The notes beneath the pieces are model-generated. The model was not told where the DNA came from. It made no database searches and saw only the letters and a list, made by a program, of their open reading frames with translations. A stretch of DNA of 64,000 nt from the NCBI GenBank assembly GCA_041691815.1, contig JBEPTZ010000005.1, forward strand, positions 1,007 to 65,006, read 5' to 3'. Shown piece by piece: positions 19,941 through 31,363 of the stretch. Both the position numbers and the translations under genes were made by a program. The stretch comes from Rhodospirillales bacterium. Its GTDB lineage: Bacteria; Pseudomonadota; Alphaproteobacteria; Acetobacterales; Acetobacteraceae. Positions within the stretch are counted from its first letter, which is position 1, and every line of letters begins with the position of its first letter.

Positions 19941-20457
19941 AGTTTCGCCCTTTGGCGTCCCGCAGCTGGTCGGGAATACCGTCATGCTCCCCCATCGTCC
20001 TCCGGGGCGCATTCTCCCACCAATCCTCGCGCATCGCCCGCCGCTCCGGATGCATCGGGTAGACCACCCGGTTATCCGCTCGGTTGGTATCGCCCACCAC
20101 CAGCAGGCACGCCTCCTGATCGGTATTGTTGATGAAGGTGTGTGACACCCCGTCACCCGGCGGAAACCCTACTCCATCGCCCGGCGCCAGCCGCACCAAC
20201 GCCCCGTCCAGCCACACATCCGGCGTGCCGGAGATCACATAGACAAATTCCTCCTCCGTGCTCTCAGCATGCGGAAACGAGGTCCGCCGCCCCGGCGGCA
20301 GCCGTTCATGGTTGATCCCGAGCCGCGCGAACCCGAAATGCCGCCCGAATGGGGCACGGACGCTCAGCAACTCGTCATCGCCCGGGTAGCGGCTGGTGTC
20401 CGGCTTCTCGATATCGCGCCAATGGACGATGTTGGCGGCCCGTTTCATGGATGGCAC
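19927..20457 (-). CDS. cupin domain-containing protein
   Basis: Cupin motifs are present (HAESTEEEFVYVISG ... GDGVGFPPGDGVSHTF). It lies 9 nt downstream of secA on the same strand. An alternative start is at 20448. Confidence 0.7.
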   Translation of the reverse strand: MPSMKRAANIVHWRDIEKPDTSRYPGDDELLSVRAPFGRHFGFARLGINHERLPPGRRTSFPHAESTEEEFVYVISGTPDVWLDGALVRLAPGDGVGFPPGDGVSHTFINNTDQEACLLVVGDTNRADNRVVYPMHPERRAMREDWWENAPRRTMGEHDGIPDQLRDAKGRNCPNE

Positions 20458-20466
20458 CGGCTCGGC

Positions 20467-23187
<2,721 letters not shown>

Positions 23188-23280
23188 GAAGACCCTTCCG
23201 GGGAAACCGGGCTGAACCGCGTTCAGATAAGGCGGGGGCGGGCCGCGGTCAACGATTTGCCGCCTTGTCGCATGGCTGCC

Positions 23281-23316
23281 GTTCTTGTACGGCCCGTTCT
23301 TCCAGGCCGCGTTCTT
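23281..23316. repeat. three GTTCTT motifs at exact 15-bp spacing in the secA/PPIase divergent intergenic region
   Basis: GTTCTT occurs at 23281, 23296 and 23311, within GCCGTTCTTGTACG / GCCCGTTCTTCCAG / GCCGCGTTCTTGTAG. Confidence 0.4.
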
Positions 23317-23373
23317 GTAGGCTTGGCCCGCTTCGGCCATCATCACACGGTTCCTGGAAGGATTACCCCCCGC

Positions 23374-24282
23374 ATGCGGGCCATTCGCCTGACTGCCGCC
23401 GCCCTTGCCTTGCTCGCGGCGCCAGCCTGCCTTGCGGCCGCGCAGGCGCAAACCCCGCCCGCAGCACCGGCGCCACAGGCCGCCCCGGCCGATCCGGTGG
23501 TGGCGCGGGTCGGCGACCAGGTGGTGCATTTGAGCGACCTGTCCACGGCTGCGCAGGACCTGCCTGAGCAGCTGCGCGGCATGCCGGCGACCATGCTGTA
23601 CCCGATGCTGCTGAACCAGGCGATTGACAGCAAGGCGCTGCTGCTGCTGGCGCGCAAGGAGAAGCTCGACCAGGACGCGGCGGTGCAGGCGCAGATTCAA
23701 CACGCCGCCGACCAGGCGCTGCAAACCGCGCTGCTGACCCGCGAAATTGGCCCGGACGTGACCGAGGCGGCGATCAAGGCGCGCTACGAGCAGGATATCG
23801 CCGGCAAACCGGGCGAGGAGGAGGTGCACGCGCGCCACATCCTGGTCGCCACCGAGGCCGAGGCCCGCAACGTCATCGCCGAACTGGCCAAGGGTGGCGA
23901 TTTCGCCACGCTGGCGAAAAAATACAGCACCGATCCGGGTGCGGCGAGCGGTGGCGACCTCGGCTTCTTCAAGAAAGGCGACATGGTACCGGAATTCGCC
24001 GACGCCGCCTTCGCGCTGAAAGCCGGCGAGGTGTCGAAGGAGCCGGTGAAGAGCCAGTTCGGCTGGCATGTCATCCAGGTGCTGGAACGCCGGGCCGGCA
24101 AGCCGCCCAGCTATGAAGAGTCGCACGACGCGCTGCGCCAGAAGATCATCCACGAGAGCATGGCCCGGCTGCTGCAGAAGGCGCATGCCGGGATCAAGGT
24201 CGAGAAGTTCAACCCCGATGGCAGCGTGCCGAGTCCGGTGGATACCGCCGTACCGCCGCCGGCCAGCGACAAGAAGCCATAG
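23374..24282 (+). CDS. peptidylprolyl isomerase, parvulin type (SurA/PpiC-like)
   Basis: Signal peptide [25 protein letters not shown]. Parvulin core: VHARHILV...[41 protein letters not shown]. Confidence 0.8.
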   Translation: MRAIRLTAAALALLAAPACLAAAQAQTPPAAPAPQAAPADPVVARVGDQVVHLSDLSTAAQDLPEQLRGMPATMLYPMLLNQAIDSKALLLLARKEKLDQDAAVQAQIQHAADQALQTALLTREIGPDVTEAAIKARYEQDIAGKPGEEEVHARHILVATEAEARNVIAELAKGGDFATLAKKYSTDPGAASGGDLGFFKKGDMVPEFADAAFALKAGEVSKEPVKSQFGWHVIQVLERRAGKPPSYEESHDALRQKIIHESMARLLQKAHAGIKVEKFNPDGSVPSPVDTAVPPPASDKKP

Positions 24283-24319
24283 CCGACCGAACATAGTAGC
24301 CAATAAGGAGGCGCCGCCC

Positions 24320-25549
24320 ATGTCCACCGCCGTCTCGCCGCTGGCGACCAAGCTGCCTGAGTTGCCGCCGCTGGCCGGGGTTCGGCTGGGGGCGGCGGCG
24401 GCCGGCATCCGCTACCAGGGCCGCACCGACCTGGTGATGGTGGAAATGGATGCCGGAACCACTGTGGCCGGGGTGTTCACCTCCTCCAAATGCCCCGGCG
24501 CGCCGGTCGACTGGTGCCGCACCGTACTGCCGGCGGGCAAGGCGCGGGCGCTGGTGGTCAATGCCGGTAACGCCAATGTGTTCACCGGCCGCGCCGGGCT
24601 GGAGGCAACCCGCGCCACCGCCGCCGCCGCCGCCGACCTGGTCGGCTGCGCGCCGAAGCAGGTGTTCCTGGCCTCAACCGGGGTGATCGGCGAGGTGCTG
24701 CCGCATGCGCGGCTCACCGCAGCCCTGCCGGCGCTGTACGATGCCCTGGCCGAGGATGGCTGGGAGGCGGCGGCGCGTGGCATCATGACCACCGACACCT
24801 TCCCCAAGGCCAGCACCCGGACCGCCGAGATCGGCGGCGCCGAGGTGCGGATCACCGGCATCGCCAAGGGCAGCGGCATGATCGCGCCGGACATGGCGAC
24901 GATGTTGTGCTTCATCTTCACCGACGCCAAGATCCCGCCCGCGGCACTGCAACCGCTGCTGGCCAAGGGCGTTGACGCCAGCTTCAACTGCACCACGGTC
25001 GACAGCGACACCTCCACCTCCGACACCGTGCTGCTGTTCGCCACCGGCCGCGCGAAACATCCGCGCATCTCCGCCGAGGGCGGCGCGCTGCTCAAGGATT
25101 TCGCCCGGGCGCTGAACGAAGTGCTGATGGACCTGGCGCTGCAGGTGATCCGCGACGGCGAGGGCGCCAGCAAGCTGGTGCGGATCGACGTCTCTGGCGC
25201 GGTCTCGGCCAAATCGGCGAAGAAAGTGGCAATGTCGATCGCCAATTCGCCGCTGGTGAAAACCGCGATCGCCGGCGAGGACGCCAATTGGGGCCGCATC
25301 GTCATGGCAGTGGGCAAGGCCGGCGAACCGGCCGATCGCGACAAGGTGAGCGTCGCGGTCGGCGGCGTCTGGATGGCCCGCGACGGCGGCGTGGTGCCGG
25401 ATTATGACGAAGCGCCGGTGGCCGCCCACATGAAGGGCCGCGAGGTTGAAATCGCCGTCGATCTCGGCCTCGGGCGCGGCCGCGCGACGGCGTGGACCTG
25501 CGACCTGACCCACGCCTATATCGACATCAACGGATCATACCGCTCCTGA
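24320..25549 (+). CDS. argJ: bifunctional glutamate N-acetyltransferase / amino-acid acetyltransferase ArgJ
   Basis: AAGGAGG lies 9 nt upstream of the ATG. ArgJ motifs are present, including the MLCFIFTDA autoproteolysis region and the C-terminus [15 protein letters not shown]. Confidence 0.9.
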   Translation: MSTAVSPLATKLPELPPLAGVRLGAAAAGIRYQGRTDLVMVEMDAGTTVAGVFTSSKCPGAPVDWCRTVLPAGKARALVVNAGNANVFTGRAGLEATRATAAAAADLVGCAPKQVFLASTGVIGEVLPHARLTAALPALYDALAEDGWEAAARGIMTTDTFPKASTRTAEIGGAEVRITGIAKGSGMIAPDMATMLCFIFTDAKIPPAALQPLLAKGVDASFNCTTVDSDTSTSDTVLLFATGRAKHPRISAEGGALLKDFARALNEVLMDLALQVIRDGEGASKLVRIDVSGAVSAKSAKKVAMSIANSPLVKTAIAGEDANWGRIVMAVGKAGEPADRDKVSVAVGGVWMARDGGVVPDYDEAPVAAHMKGREVEIAVDLGLGRGRATAWTCDLTHAYIDINGSYRS

Positions 25550-25554
25550 GCCCG

Positions 25555-26811
25555 ATGCCCCCGACTTGGGTACCGTGGACCCGGCGGGCGCTGGCGGGTT
25601 TCGTGCTTGGTGTCGCTGCGGCGCGGCCGGCGCTGGCCACCGGGTTCGCCGCCCGCGCCGGCACGCTGTTCCACCCGCCGCCGGCCGACCCGTTCAGGGC
25701 GCCGATCGTCACCCGCATTGCCCTGCCGGACGCGCCCGGCTTGCAGGCGATCTGGGGTGCGCTGGGGCGAGACCGCGCCGGACGCATCTGGGCCGGCATC
25801 TCCGCTGGTGCCGATGGCGGCTCGGCGCTGCTGTGCCGGCACGACCCGACCACCGGCCAAACCGTGGCGATGGGCGACGTGCTGGGCAATCTGCGCCGCC
25901 TCGGGCTGCACCACGCCGGCGAGGGGCAGATCAAGATCCATTCCCGCATCGTCGAGGGCGATGACGGCTGGCTGTATTTCACCTCGACCGACGAGGAGGG
26001 CGAGATCGATGACGGCCAGGTCGCGCCGCCGCGCTGGGGCTCGCATATCTGGCGCACCCGCCCCGAATCCGACCGCTGGGAGCATTTGCTGGCGGTGCCG
26101 GAGGGCCTGACCTGCGGTGCCGGATTCGGCCGCTGGTACTACGCGCTGGGCCTGTGGGGCCATGTGCTGTACCGGCTGGACACCGCAACCGGCGCTATCG
26201 CGCGCGTGTTGGTCGGCGCGCCGGGCGGCCATATGAGTCGCAATTTCGTGGTCGACCGCCGCGGCCACGCTTTCGTCCCACGCGTGCAACTGGCGAAGGA
26301 CGGCGTGACCGCCGAGCTGGTGGAGTTCACCCCGGCCCTGCACGAACTGGCCGCGACAACCCTGCCGAATTATTCCGCCGGGCCGAAACCAGGCGACTCG
26401 CACGGCATCACCGGCCTGGTGACGCTGGCCGACGGCGCGCTGCTGATCGCCGCCAGCAGCGGCTTTCTCTACCGCATCGGCGCCGGGCAGGGTGAAAATG
26501 CGGCGCCGGTGCGGCCACTCGGCTGGTTTGACCCGGCAGGGCGTGGCTACGTCTCGGGGCTGCAAAGCTGGGATGGCGGAAAGCTGCTCGCCGGACTGGT
26601 GGTGAACGGCCCGGGCCAACGACATCTGGTGGTGCGCAACCTCACCGCCGGCACGGCACAGGCGCTGCCGCTGCACGACGGGCTGGGCGAATGGGTGCTG
26701 TTGTACGGGTCGCAGACCGAGGACGCGCAAGGGCGATTCTACGTCGGCGGGCGCTATCACGACGGGCCGCGCCTGCTGCCGGTGCTGCTAAGATTGGCGT
26801 GGGACCCATAA
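25555..26811 (+). CDS. hypothetical protein, Tat-signal-like N-terminus, beta-propeller-like repeats
   Basis: The N-terminus WTRRALAGFVLGVAAARPALA resembles a twin-arginine signal. Aromatic/Gly-rich segments recur (WLYFTSTD, WYYALGLWGHVLYRLD, SGFLYRIG, RFYVGGRY). Confidence 0.5.
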   Translation: MPPTWVPWTRRALAGFVLGVAAARPALATGFAARAGTLFHPPPADPFRAPIVTRIALPDAPGLQAIWGALGRDRAGRIWAGISAGADGGSALLCRHDPTTGQTVAMGDVLGNLRRLGLHHAGEGQIKIHSRIVEGDDGWLYFTSTDEEGEIDDGQVAPPRWGSHIWRTRPESDRWEHLLAVPEGLTCGAGFGRWYYALGLWGHVLYRLDTATGAIARVLVGAPGGHMSRNFVVDRRGHAFVPRVQLAKDGVTAELVEFTPALHELAATTLPNYSAGPKPGDSHGITGLVTLADGALLIAASSGFLYRIGAGQGENAAPVRPLGWFDPAGRGYVSGLQSWDGGKLLAGLVVNGPGQRHLVVRNLTAGTAQALPLHDGLGEWVLLYGSQTEDAQGRFYVGGRYHDGPRLLPVLLRLAWDP

Positions 26812-26941
26812 ACAAGAGTTCTTTTTTGAAAAAAAGAACCAAAAAACTTTTATCCATTGGATTCAGTCGCTTGTTTCGGATTTCAGGGGACAAAGTTTTT
26901 TTGCTTCTTTTTGTTCACAAAAAGAAGACTTGCTCCCTTCC
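26812..26941. repeat. AT-rich nested-hairpin palindromic element, full copy with divergent centre
   Basis: Hairpins are GTTCTTTTTT-GA-AAAAAAGAAC (26818-26839) and CTTCTTTTTGT-TC-ACAAAAAGAAG (26904-26927). It contains the exact 35-nt core AAGTTTTTTTGCTTCTTTTTGTTCACAAAAAGAAG (26893-26927). Confidence 0.75.
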
Positions 26942-27013
26942 TCCCCCGCCCCCTTGCGGCGCGGCCCGGCTTTAGGCACTTGATCGGCGCATGCAGTGCT
27001 TTGCGGCAAAATC

Positions 27014-28090
27014 ATGACTGAATTGTCCCCGGCGTCAAAACGGGCGCCCCGCAAGCCGAAGGCCGTGCGAGCCGCCGGCACGACCGGCGATCTGCTGACC
27101 GCCTTGCCGGTCAGCGGCTTCACCCCGCTGTCCACCGAGCGGTTGACCCTGCGTTCCTATCGCGCCGAGGATGCCGCCGAACTGCATCGGCTGATCAACG
27201 ACTGGGAGGTATGCCGCACGCTGGCCGCGGTGCCGTTCCCGTATTCGCGTGAACTGGCAGACGAGTGGATCGGCTCGACCCGTGCTTCGCTGGCCGACGG
27301 CAGCGCACTGCATCTGGCGATCACCGGGCAGGAGGGCGCCGAGGAAGTGCTGGTCGGCGGTGCCGGCCTCAGGATCAACCTGGCGGAGCGGTCGGCGCGG
27401 CTCGGCTACTGGGTCGGGCGGCGGTTCTGGAGTCATGGCGTGGCCAGCGAGGCGGCCAGGCGGCTGGCGCAATGGGCGATGGCCAACCTGGAGATCGACC
27501 GGCTGGAGGCCACCGTGGCCACCGACAACCCCGGCTCGATCACCGTGCTGCGCCGGATCGGCATGCGGCACGTCGGCGAGGGGGTGGAAACCTTCGTCGC
27601 CCGCGGCGGCGAGCGCCGGGTGCTGCGCTTCGAGGCGACGCGTGGCGACCTGTTCGGCGAGCCCGACGCGGCGCCGGAGGCCGACGGCTCGAAGCCGTTG
27701 CTGCTGGTGGCGGCCTGCGCGTTGGTGGACATCGACGGCCGGGTGCTGTTGGCGCGGCGGCCGGAGGGCAAGAAGATGGCCGGGCTATGGGAGTTCCCCG
27801 GCGGCAAGCTCAATCCCGGCGAAACCCCGGAAGCCGCCCTGATCCGCGAGCTGAAAGAGGAACTCGGCATCGACGTGGCGACCGCCTGCCTGGCGCCGTT
27901 CGCCTTCGCCAGCCATGCCTATCCCGGCTTCCATCTGCTGATGCCGCTGTTCCTGTGCCGGCGCTGGCGGGGCCAGCTCAGCCCGCAGGAAGGCCAGACG
28001 CTAGCCTGGGTGCACAAGGAGAAGCTGACGGAATATCGTATGCCCGAGGCCGATCTGCCACTGGTGCCGCTGCTGCGCGATTTTCTCTGA
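27014..28090 (+). CDS. GNAT N-acetyltransferase / NUDIX (MutT-like) hydrolase fusion protein
   Basis: The N-terminal half is RimJ/RimL-like GNAT (LGYWVGRRFWSHGVASEAARRLAQWA). The C-terminal half has a Nudix box, GLWEFPGGKLNPGETPEAALIRELKEELGI. An alternative start is at 26996. Confidence 0.8.
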   Translation: MTELSPASKRAPRKPKAVRAAGTTGDLLTALPVSGFTPLSTERLTLRSYRAEDAAELHRLINDWEVCRTLAAVPFPYSRELADEWIGSTRASLADGSALHLAITGQEGAEEVLVGGAGLRINLAERSARLGYWVGRRFWSHGVASEAARRLAQWAMANLEIDRLEATVATDNPGSITVLRRIGMRHVGEGVETFVARGGERRVLRFEATRGDLFGEPDAAPEADGSKPLLLVAACALVDIDGRVLLARRPEGKKMAGLWEFPGGKLNPGETPEAALIRELKEELGIDVATACLAPFAFASHAYPGFHLLMPLFLCRRWRGQLSPQEGQTLAWVHKEKLTEYRMPEADLPLVPLLRDFL

Positions 28091-28101
28091 GGGAGTGTCC
28101 G

Positions 28102-28872
28102 ATGAGTGCCAACCCCCCCGCCAACCCCACCGCCTGCCTGCTGGTGATCGGCAACGAGGTGCTGTCCGGCCGCACCCAGGACGCCAACATCAAATTCATC
28201 GCGACGCGCCTCGGCGAGATCGGCACCCCGCTGCGTGAGGTGCGGGTGATCCCGGACGTGCCCGAGACGATCATCGCCACGGTCAACGCAGTGCGGCCGA
28301 TGTTCGACCATGTGTTCACCACCGGCGGCATCGGCCCGACCCATGACGACATCACCAGCGAATGCATCGCCGCCGCGTTCGGCGTGCCGTGGGAGGCGCA
28401 TCCCGAAGCCTGGGCGCGGATGGAGCGGCACTACAAACCCGGCGAGTTCAACCCCGCCCGGCAGCGCATGGCGACTATGCCGCGCGGCGCCAGCCTGATC
28501 GACAATGCGATCTCGATCGCCCCCGGCTTCACCATCGGCAATGTGCATGTGATGGCCGGCGTGCCGCGGATCATGCAGGCGATGTTCGACTGGCTGGCGC
28601 CGAGCCTGGCCGGCGGGCCGCCGATCGTGGCGCGCGCGGTGCATGCGCTGGGGCTGGCCGAAGGGCGGGCGGCCGAGGGGCTGGCAGCGGTGCAGGCACG
28701 CTATCCCGGGCTGGATGTCGGCAGCTATCCGTATTACCGCAGCACCGGCAACGGCGTGGCGATCGTCGCCAAGGGGCCGGATACGGCGGCGGCCGAGGCC
28801 GCCATCGCCGAGGTAACGACCTTGATCGCGACCCTCGGCTACACCCCGGTCCAGGGCGAACCCGCGGTTTAG
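28102..28872 (+). CDS. CinA-like / molybdopterin-binding (MoCF) domain protein
   Basis: LLVIGNEVLSGRTQDANIKFIA and VFTTGGIGPTHDDIT are MoCF-domain motifs. Confidence 0.75.
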   Translation: MSANPPANPTACLLVIGNEVLSGRTQDANIKFIATRLGEIGTPLREVRVIPDVPETIIATVNAVRPMFDHVFTTGGIGPTHDDITSECIAAAFGVPWEAHPEAWARMERHYKPGEFNPARQRMATMPRGASLIDNAISIAPGFTIGNVHVMAGVPRIMQAMFDWLAPSLAGGPPIVARAVHALGLAEGRAAEGLAAVQARYPGLDVGSYPYYRSTGNGVAIVAKGPDTAAAEAAIAEVTTLIATLGYTPVQGEPAV

Positions 28873-28994
28873 TGGCGTTCCCGGAGGGGTCTGCGCTGGT
28901 CTGGGTCGCCGGGCGTGCCCTTGATTGGTCATGGGTGATGCCATATCCCATCTGCTGCACCGCAGCAGACACCCAGTCTTCCGGAGATCATGGC

Positions 28995-29609
28995 ATGCCG
29001 TTGAGTCCCCCTGCCGAGCGCGAGCCAATGCACACCCGCGCCATCACCCTGCACGGCTATCAGCGCAGCGACGGCCTGCTGGATGTCGAGGCGCATCTGG
29101 TGGACACCAAGCCCTATGCGTTCGGCAACGTCGATCGCGGCACCATACAGCCGGGCGAACCGCTGCATGAGATGTGGGTGCGCATGACCATCGACGAGCG
29201 ACTGGCGATCGTGGCCTGCGAGGCGGTCACCGAGCACGGGCCGTTCTTCAGTTGCCACGGCGGGGCCGCGAGCATGAGCGAGCTGGTCGGGCTGACCATC
29301 AAGCCGGGCTTCCTCAAGGCAGCGAATGCCCGGCTGGGCGGTGTCCGTGGCTGCACCCATCTGCGCGAGATGCTGCAGCAGATCGCGACCGTGGCGCTGC
29401 AAACGCTGTGGCCGGTCCGCAGCCGGCGCGAGGCGGACGCATTGAAGGCGGCGCAACGCGACGGCGTTGTGGCGCAGGGTGCGTCCTCCACCGAGGACGG
29501 CTCGTCACGCCTGCTGAACACCTGCTACGCCTATGACAGCACTGGCCCGGTGGTGAAGCGGCGCTGGCCGCATCTGTATACCGGCGCCGATGCGCCGGCC
29601 CTGACCTAG
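28995..29609 (+). CDS. DUF2889-like protein
   Basis: 204-aa ORF. The GVRGCTHLREMLQQIATVALQTLW segment resembles DUF2889, from memory only. Confidence 0.6.
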   Translation: MPLSPPAEREPMHTRAITLHGYQRSDGLLDVEAHLVDTKPYAFGNVDRGTIQPGEPLHEMWVRMTIDERLAIVACEAVTEHGPFFSCHGGAASMSELVGLTIKPGFLKAANARLGGVRGCTHLREMLQQIATVALQTLWPVRSRREADALKAAQRDGVVAQGASSTEDGSSRLLNTCYAYDSTGPVVKRRWPHLYTGADAPALT

Positions 29610-29649
29610 AGGGTGATGCCTTCTGATAGGCGAAGGCCCCACCCTCTAG
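29606..29649. terminator. strong interrupted hairpin between convergent genes (possible bidirectional terminator)
   Basis: Outer perfect 10-bp stem CTAGAGGGTG / CACCCTCTAG. Inner 6-bp stem GCCTTC / GAAGGC with an 8-nt loop. It overlaps the TAG stop at 29607-29609 and is followed by a T-rich stretch, CTCGTTCTCTT. Confidence 0.5.
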
Positions 29650-29722
29650 CTCGTTCTCTTATCGCGTGATTCAGACCTTCGTGTGATTCCACCTACGGTC
29701 ATCACGCTCCAGGCGGATTGAA

Positions 29723-30049
29723 TCAGGCGGCGCCGTTCTCGCGCTTCGGTTGGCCACCCTGCCATCCGACCGGGCTGCCGTGGCGGGGCATCTCGGCCTC
29801 ATCGCGCGGATGCCGACTGCCCCCCACCTGGGCCGCGCTGCGGAAATAGCTCAGCACATGAACGCGCACCGCGCTGGTGCGGCCGCCCGGGTGGCCAGCC
29901 TGCTCGATGCGCTTGACCAGATCGGCCAGCGTCACAGCTTCGCGCTGACAGATTTCCTCCAGCGCCTCCCAGAGTTCCGGCTCCAGGCGCATGCTGGTCC
30001 GCCCCCGCGAGGCGGTGACATTTCGGTTGATCAGGCGGCTGCTCGCCAT
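29723..30049 (-). CDS. ribbon-helix-helix domain protein (RHH_4-like)
   Basis: TSMRLEPELWEALEEICQREAVTLADLVKRIE ... AVRVHVLSYF matches the RHH_4 pattern as I recall it. Confidence 0.65.
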   Translation of the reverse strand: MASSRLINRNVTASRGRTSMRLEPELWEALEEICQREAVTLADLVKRIEQAGHPGGRTSAVRVHVLSYFRSAAQVGGSRHPRDEAEMPRHGSPVGWQGGQPKRENGAA

Positions 30050-30269
30050 GCGGCATCTCCGTCACGTGAGCGCATTCCCAACGGAATGGACGGCGACGAT
30101 GCTGCCCCCGCTGATGCGCTCCTCGCCCGAGATATGGGACGACACGAGATAAACATACCGCAAACGGCGCGCCAAACCGGCCAGGACACGAAAACGTGAA
30201 TAATAGATTATGGCAACTCGATAGGTTAAAGTAATCAATTCCGCTATATACTGTAGCCCGGCCGGCGAC

Positions 30270-30566
30270 TCACGCTTCCGCCCGAGCCGCCTGCGCCTGC
30301 TCGGCCGGGCTGCGAAGCGTCAGCGACAGCGCGTGCAGTCCGTCGGCGAACTCCCCGGCCAGCGCCGCATGCACCGCGCGCGAACGCTCCACCCGGCTCT
30401 GCCCGGCGAAGCCCGCCGCGACCAGCAGAACGCTGTAATGCGTCTGCCCGCCAGGGCGGGCGCCGGCGTGCCCGGCATGGCGGTTGCTGTCATCGGTCAC
30501 CTGCAGCAGGTCCGGGGTGAAATGCTGGCGCAACAGGGCTTCGATACGGTCGGTGCGGGTGCTCAT
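30270..30566 (-). CDS. bolA: BolA family protein
   Basis: 98-aa internal start MSTRTDRIEALLRQHFTPDLLQVTDDSNRHAGHAG ... LHALSL is the BolA pattern. The ORF-track ORF 30270..31058 is a run-on. Confidence 0.85.
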   Translation of the reverse strand: MSTRTDRIEALLRQHFTPDLLQVTDDSNRHAGHAGARPGGQTHYSVLLVAAGFAGQSRVERSRAVHAALAGEFADGLHALSLTLRSPAEQAQAARAEA

Positions 30567-30661
30567 GTCGGCAGAATGAACCCGGCGCCCCGGCGTGGCA
30601 AATGCGGCTGCGGCAAATCCTGGGTTTGCAAATCCGCTCCGACGCCGCACATATTCGCCCG

Positions 30662-31255
30662 ATGACCCGTCGTTCTCCACGATCCCGAGCCTATGCGCCC
30701 GATCCGGCGGCGCCCGGCCGCGCCTGCGACGTGCCGGGCTGCGGCACGGCGGGCGAGTACCGCGCGCCGCGTTCGCGCGAGGCGCTGAACGAATACTGGT
30801 GGTTCTGCCTGGAACATGTCCGCGGCTACAACGCCTCGTGGGATTTCTATAAGGGCATGAGTCCGGCGCAGATCGAGTTGCAACTCCGCTCGGATACCTC
30901 CTGGCAGCGCCCCACCTGGCCGCTGGGCCGGCTGGGCGGCACCTATCAGCTGAACGAGGATGCGCTGCGCGACCCGCTGCAGGCGATGGCGGCCGGCCGC
31001 ATGCGCGAGGCGCCGGCCACCCCGCACAACCAGGCGCCGGCCGAACTGCGCGAGCCACTGGCGACGCTGGGGCTGCACTGGCCGCTGTCGATGGCCACCC
31101 TGCGGGCCCGCTACCGCGATCTGGCCAAGCAGCACCACCCGGACGCCAACAATGGCGACCGCTCGGCCGAGGAGCGGCTGAAAATCATCAACCTCGCCTA
31201 CGCCACGCTGCGCGGACGGCTCGGCGCCGAGCCAAAACTGGCCGCCACCGCCTGA
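30662..31255 (+). CDS. J-domain protein with N-terminal Cys-rich segment
   Basis: C-terminal J domain LRARYRDLAKQHHPDANNGDRSAEERLKIINLAYATL with HPD. It is divergent from bolA, as is commonly seen in alphaproteobacteria. Confidence 0.8.
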   Translation: MTRRSPRSRAYAPDPAAPGRACDVPGCGTAGEYRAPRSREALNEYWWFCLEHVRGYNASWDFYKGMSPAQIELQLRSDTSWQRPTWPLGRLGGTYQLNEDALRDPLQAMAAGRMREAPATPHNQAPAELREPLATLGLHWPLSMATLRARYRDLAKQHHPDANNGDRSAEERLKIINLAYATLRGRLGAEPKLAATA

Positions 31256-31363
31256 ACGCCGACTTCGCACCACAGCGTTGCCGGAATGCCGCGAACCCCG
31301 GCCTAGCCAAGGCTTGCCAACCGAGGGTAAAGTGACCCCGAAAAACCACAGGATCGCTGGCCT

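Noticed and set aside
26691-26975. Small ORFs encoding FLLLFVHKKK / SFCEQKEAKKL / FFKKE peptides, also at 26642-26893, 26863-27135, 47954-48293 and 47975-48652
   Set aside because: The recurring peptide strings are just translations of the AT-rich repeat modules in different frames. They have no RBS or coding-like context outside the repeat.
30220-30240. CtrA-box-like TTAA-N7-AATT in the AT-rich island (GGTTAAAGTAATCAATTCC)
   Set aside because: The second half-site is AATT, not TTAA(C). A single imperfect match in an AT-rich patch is not meaningful without conservation data.
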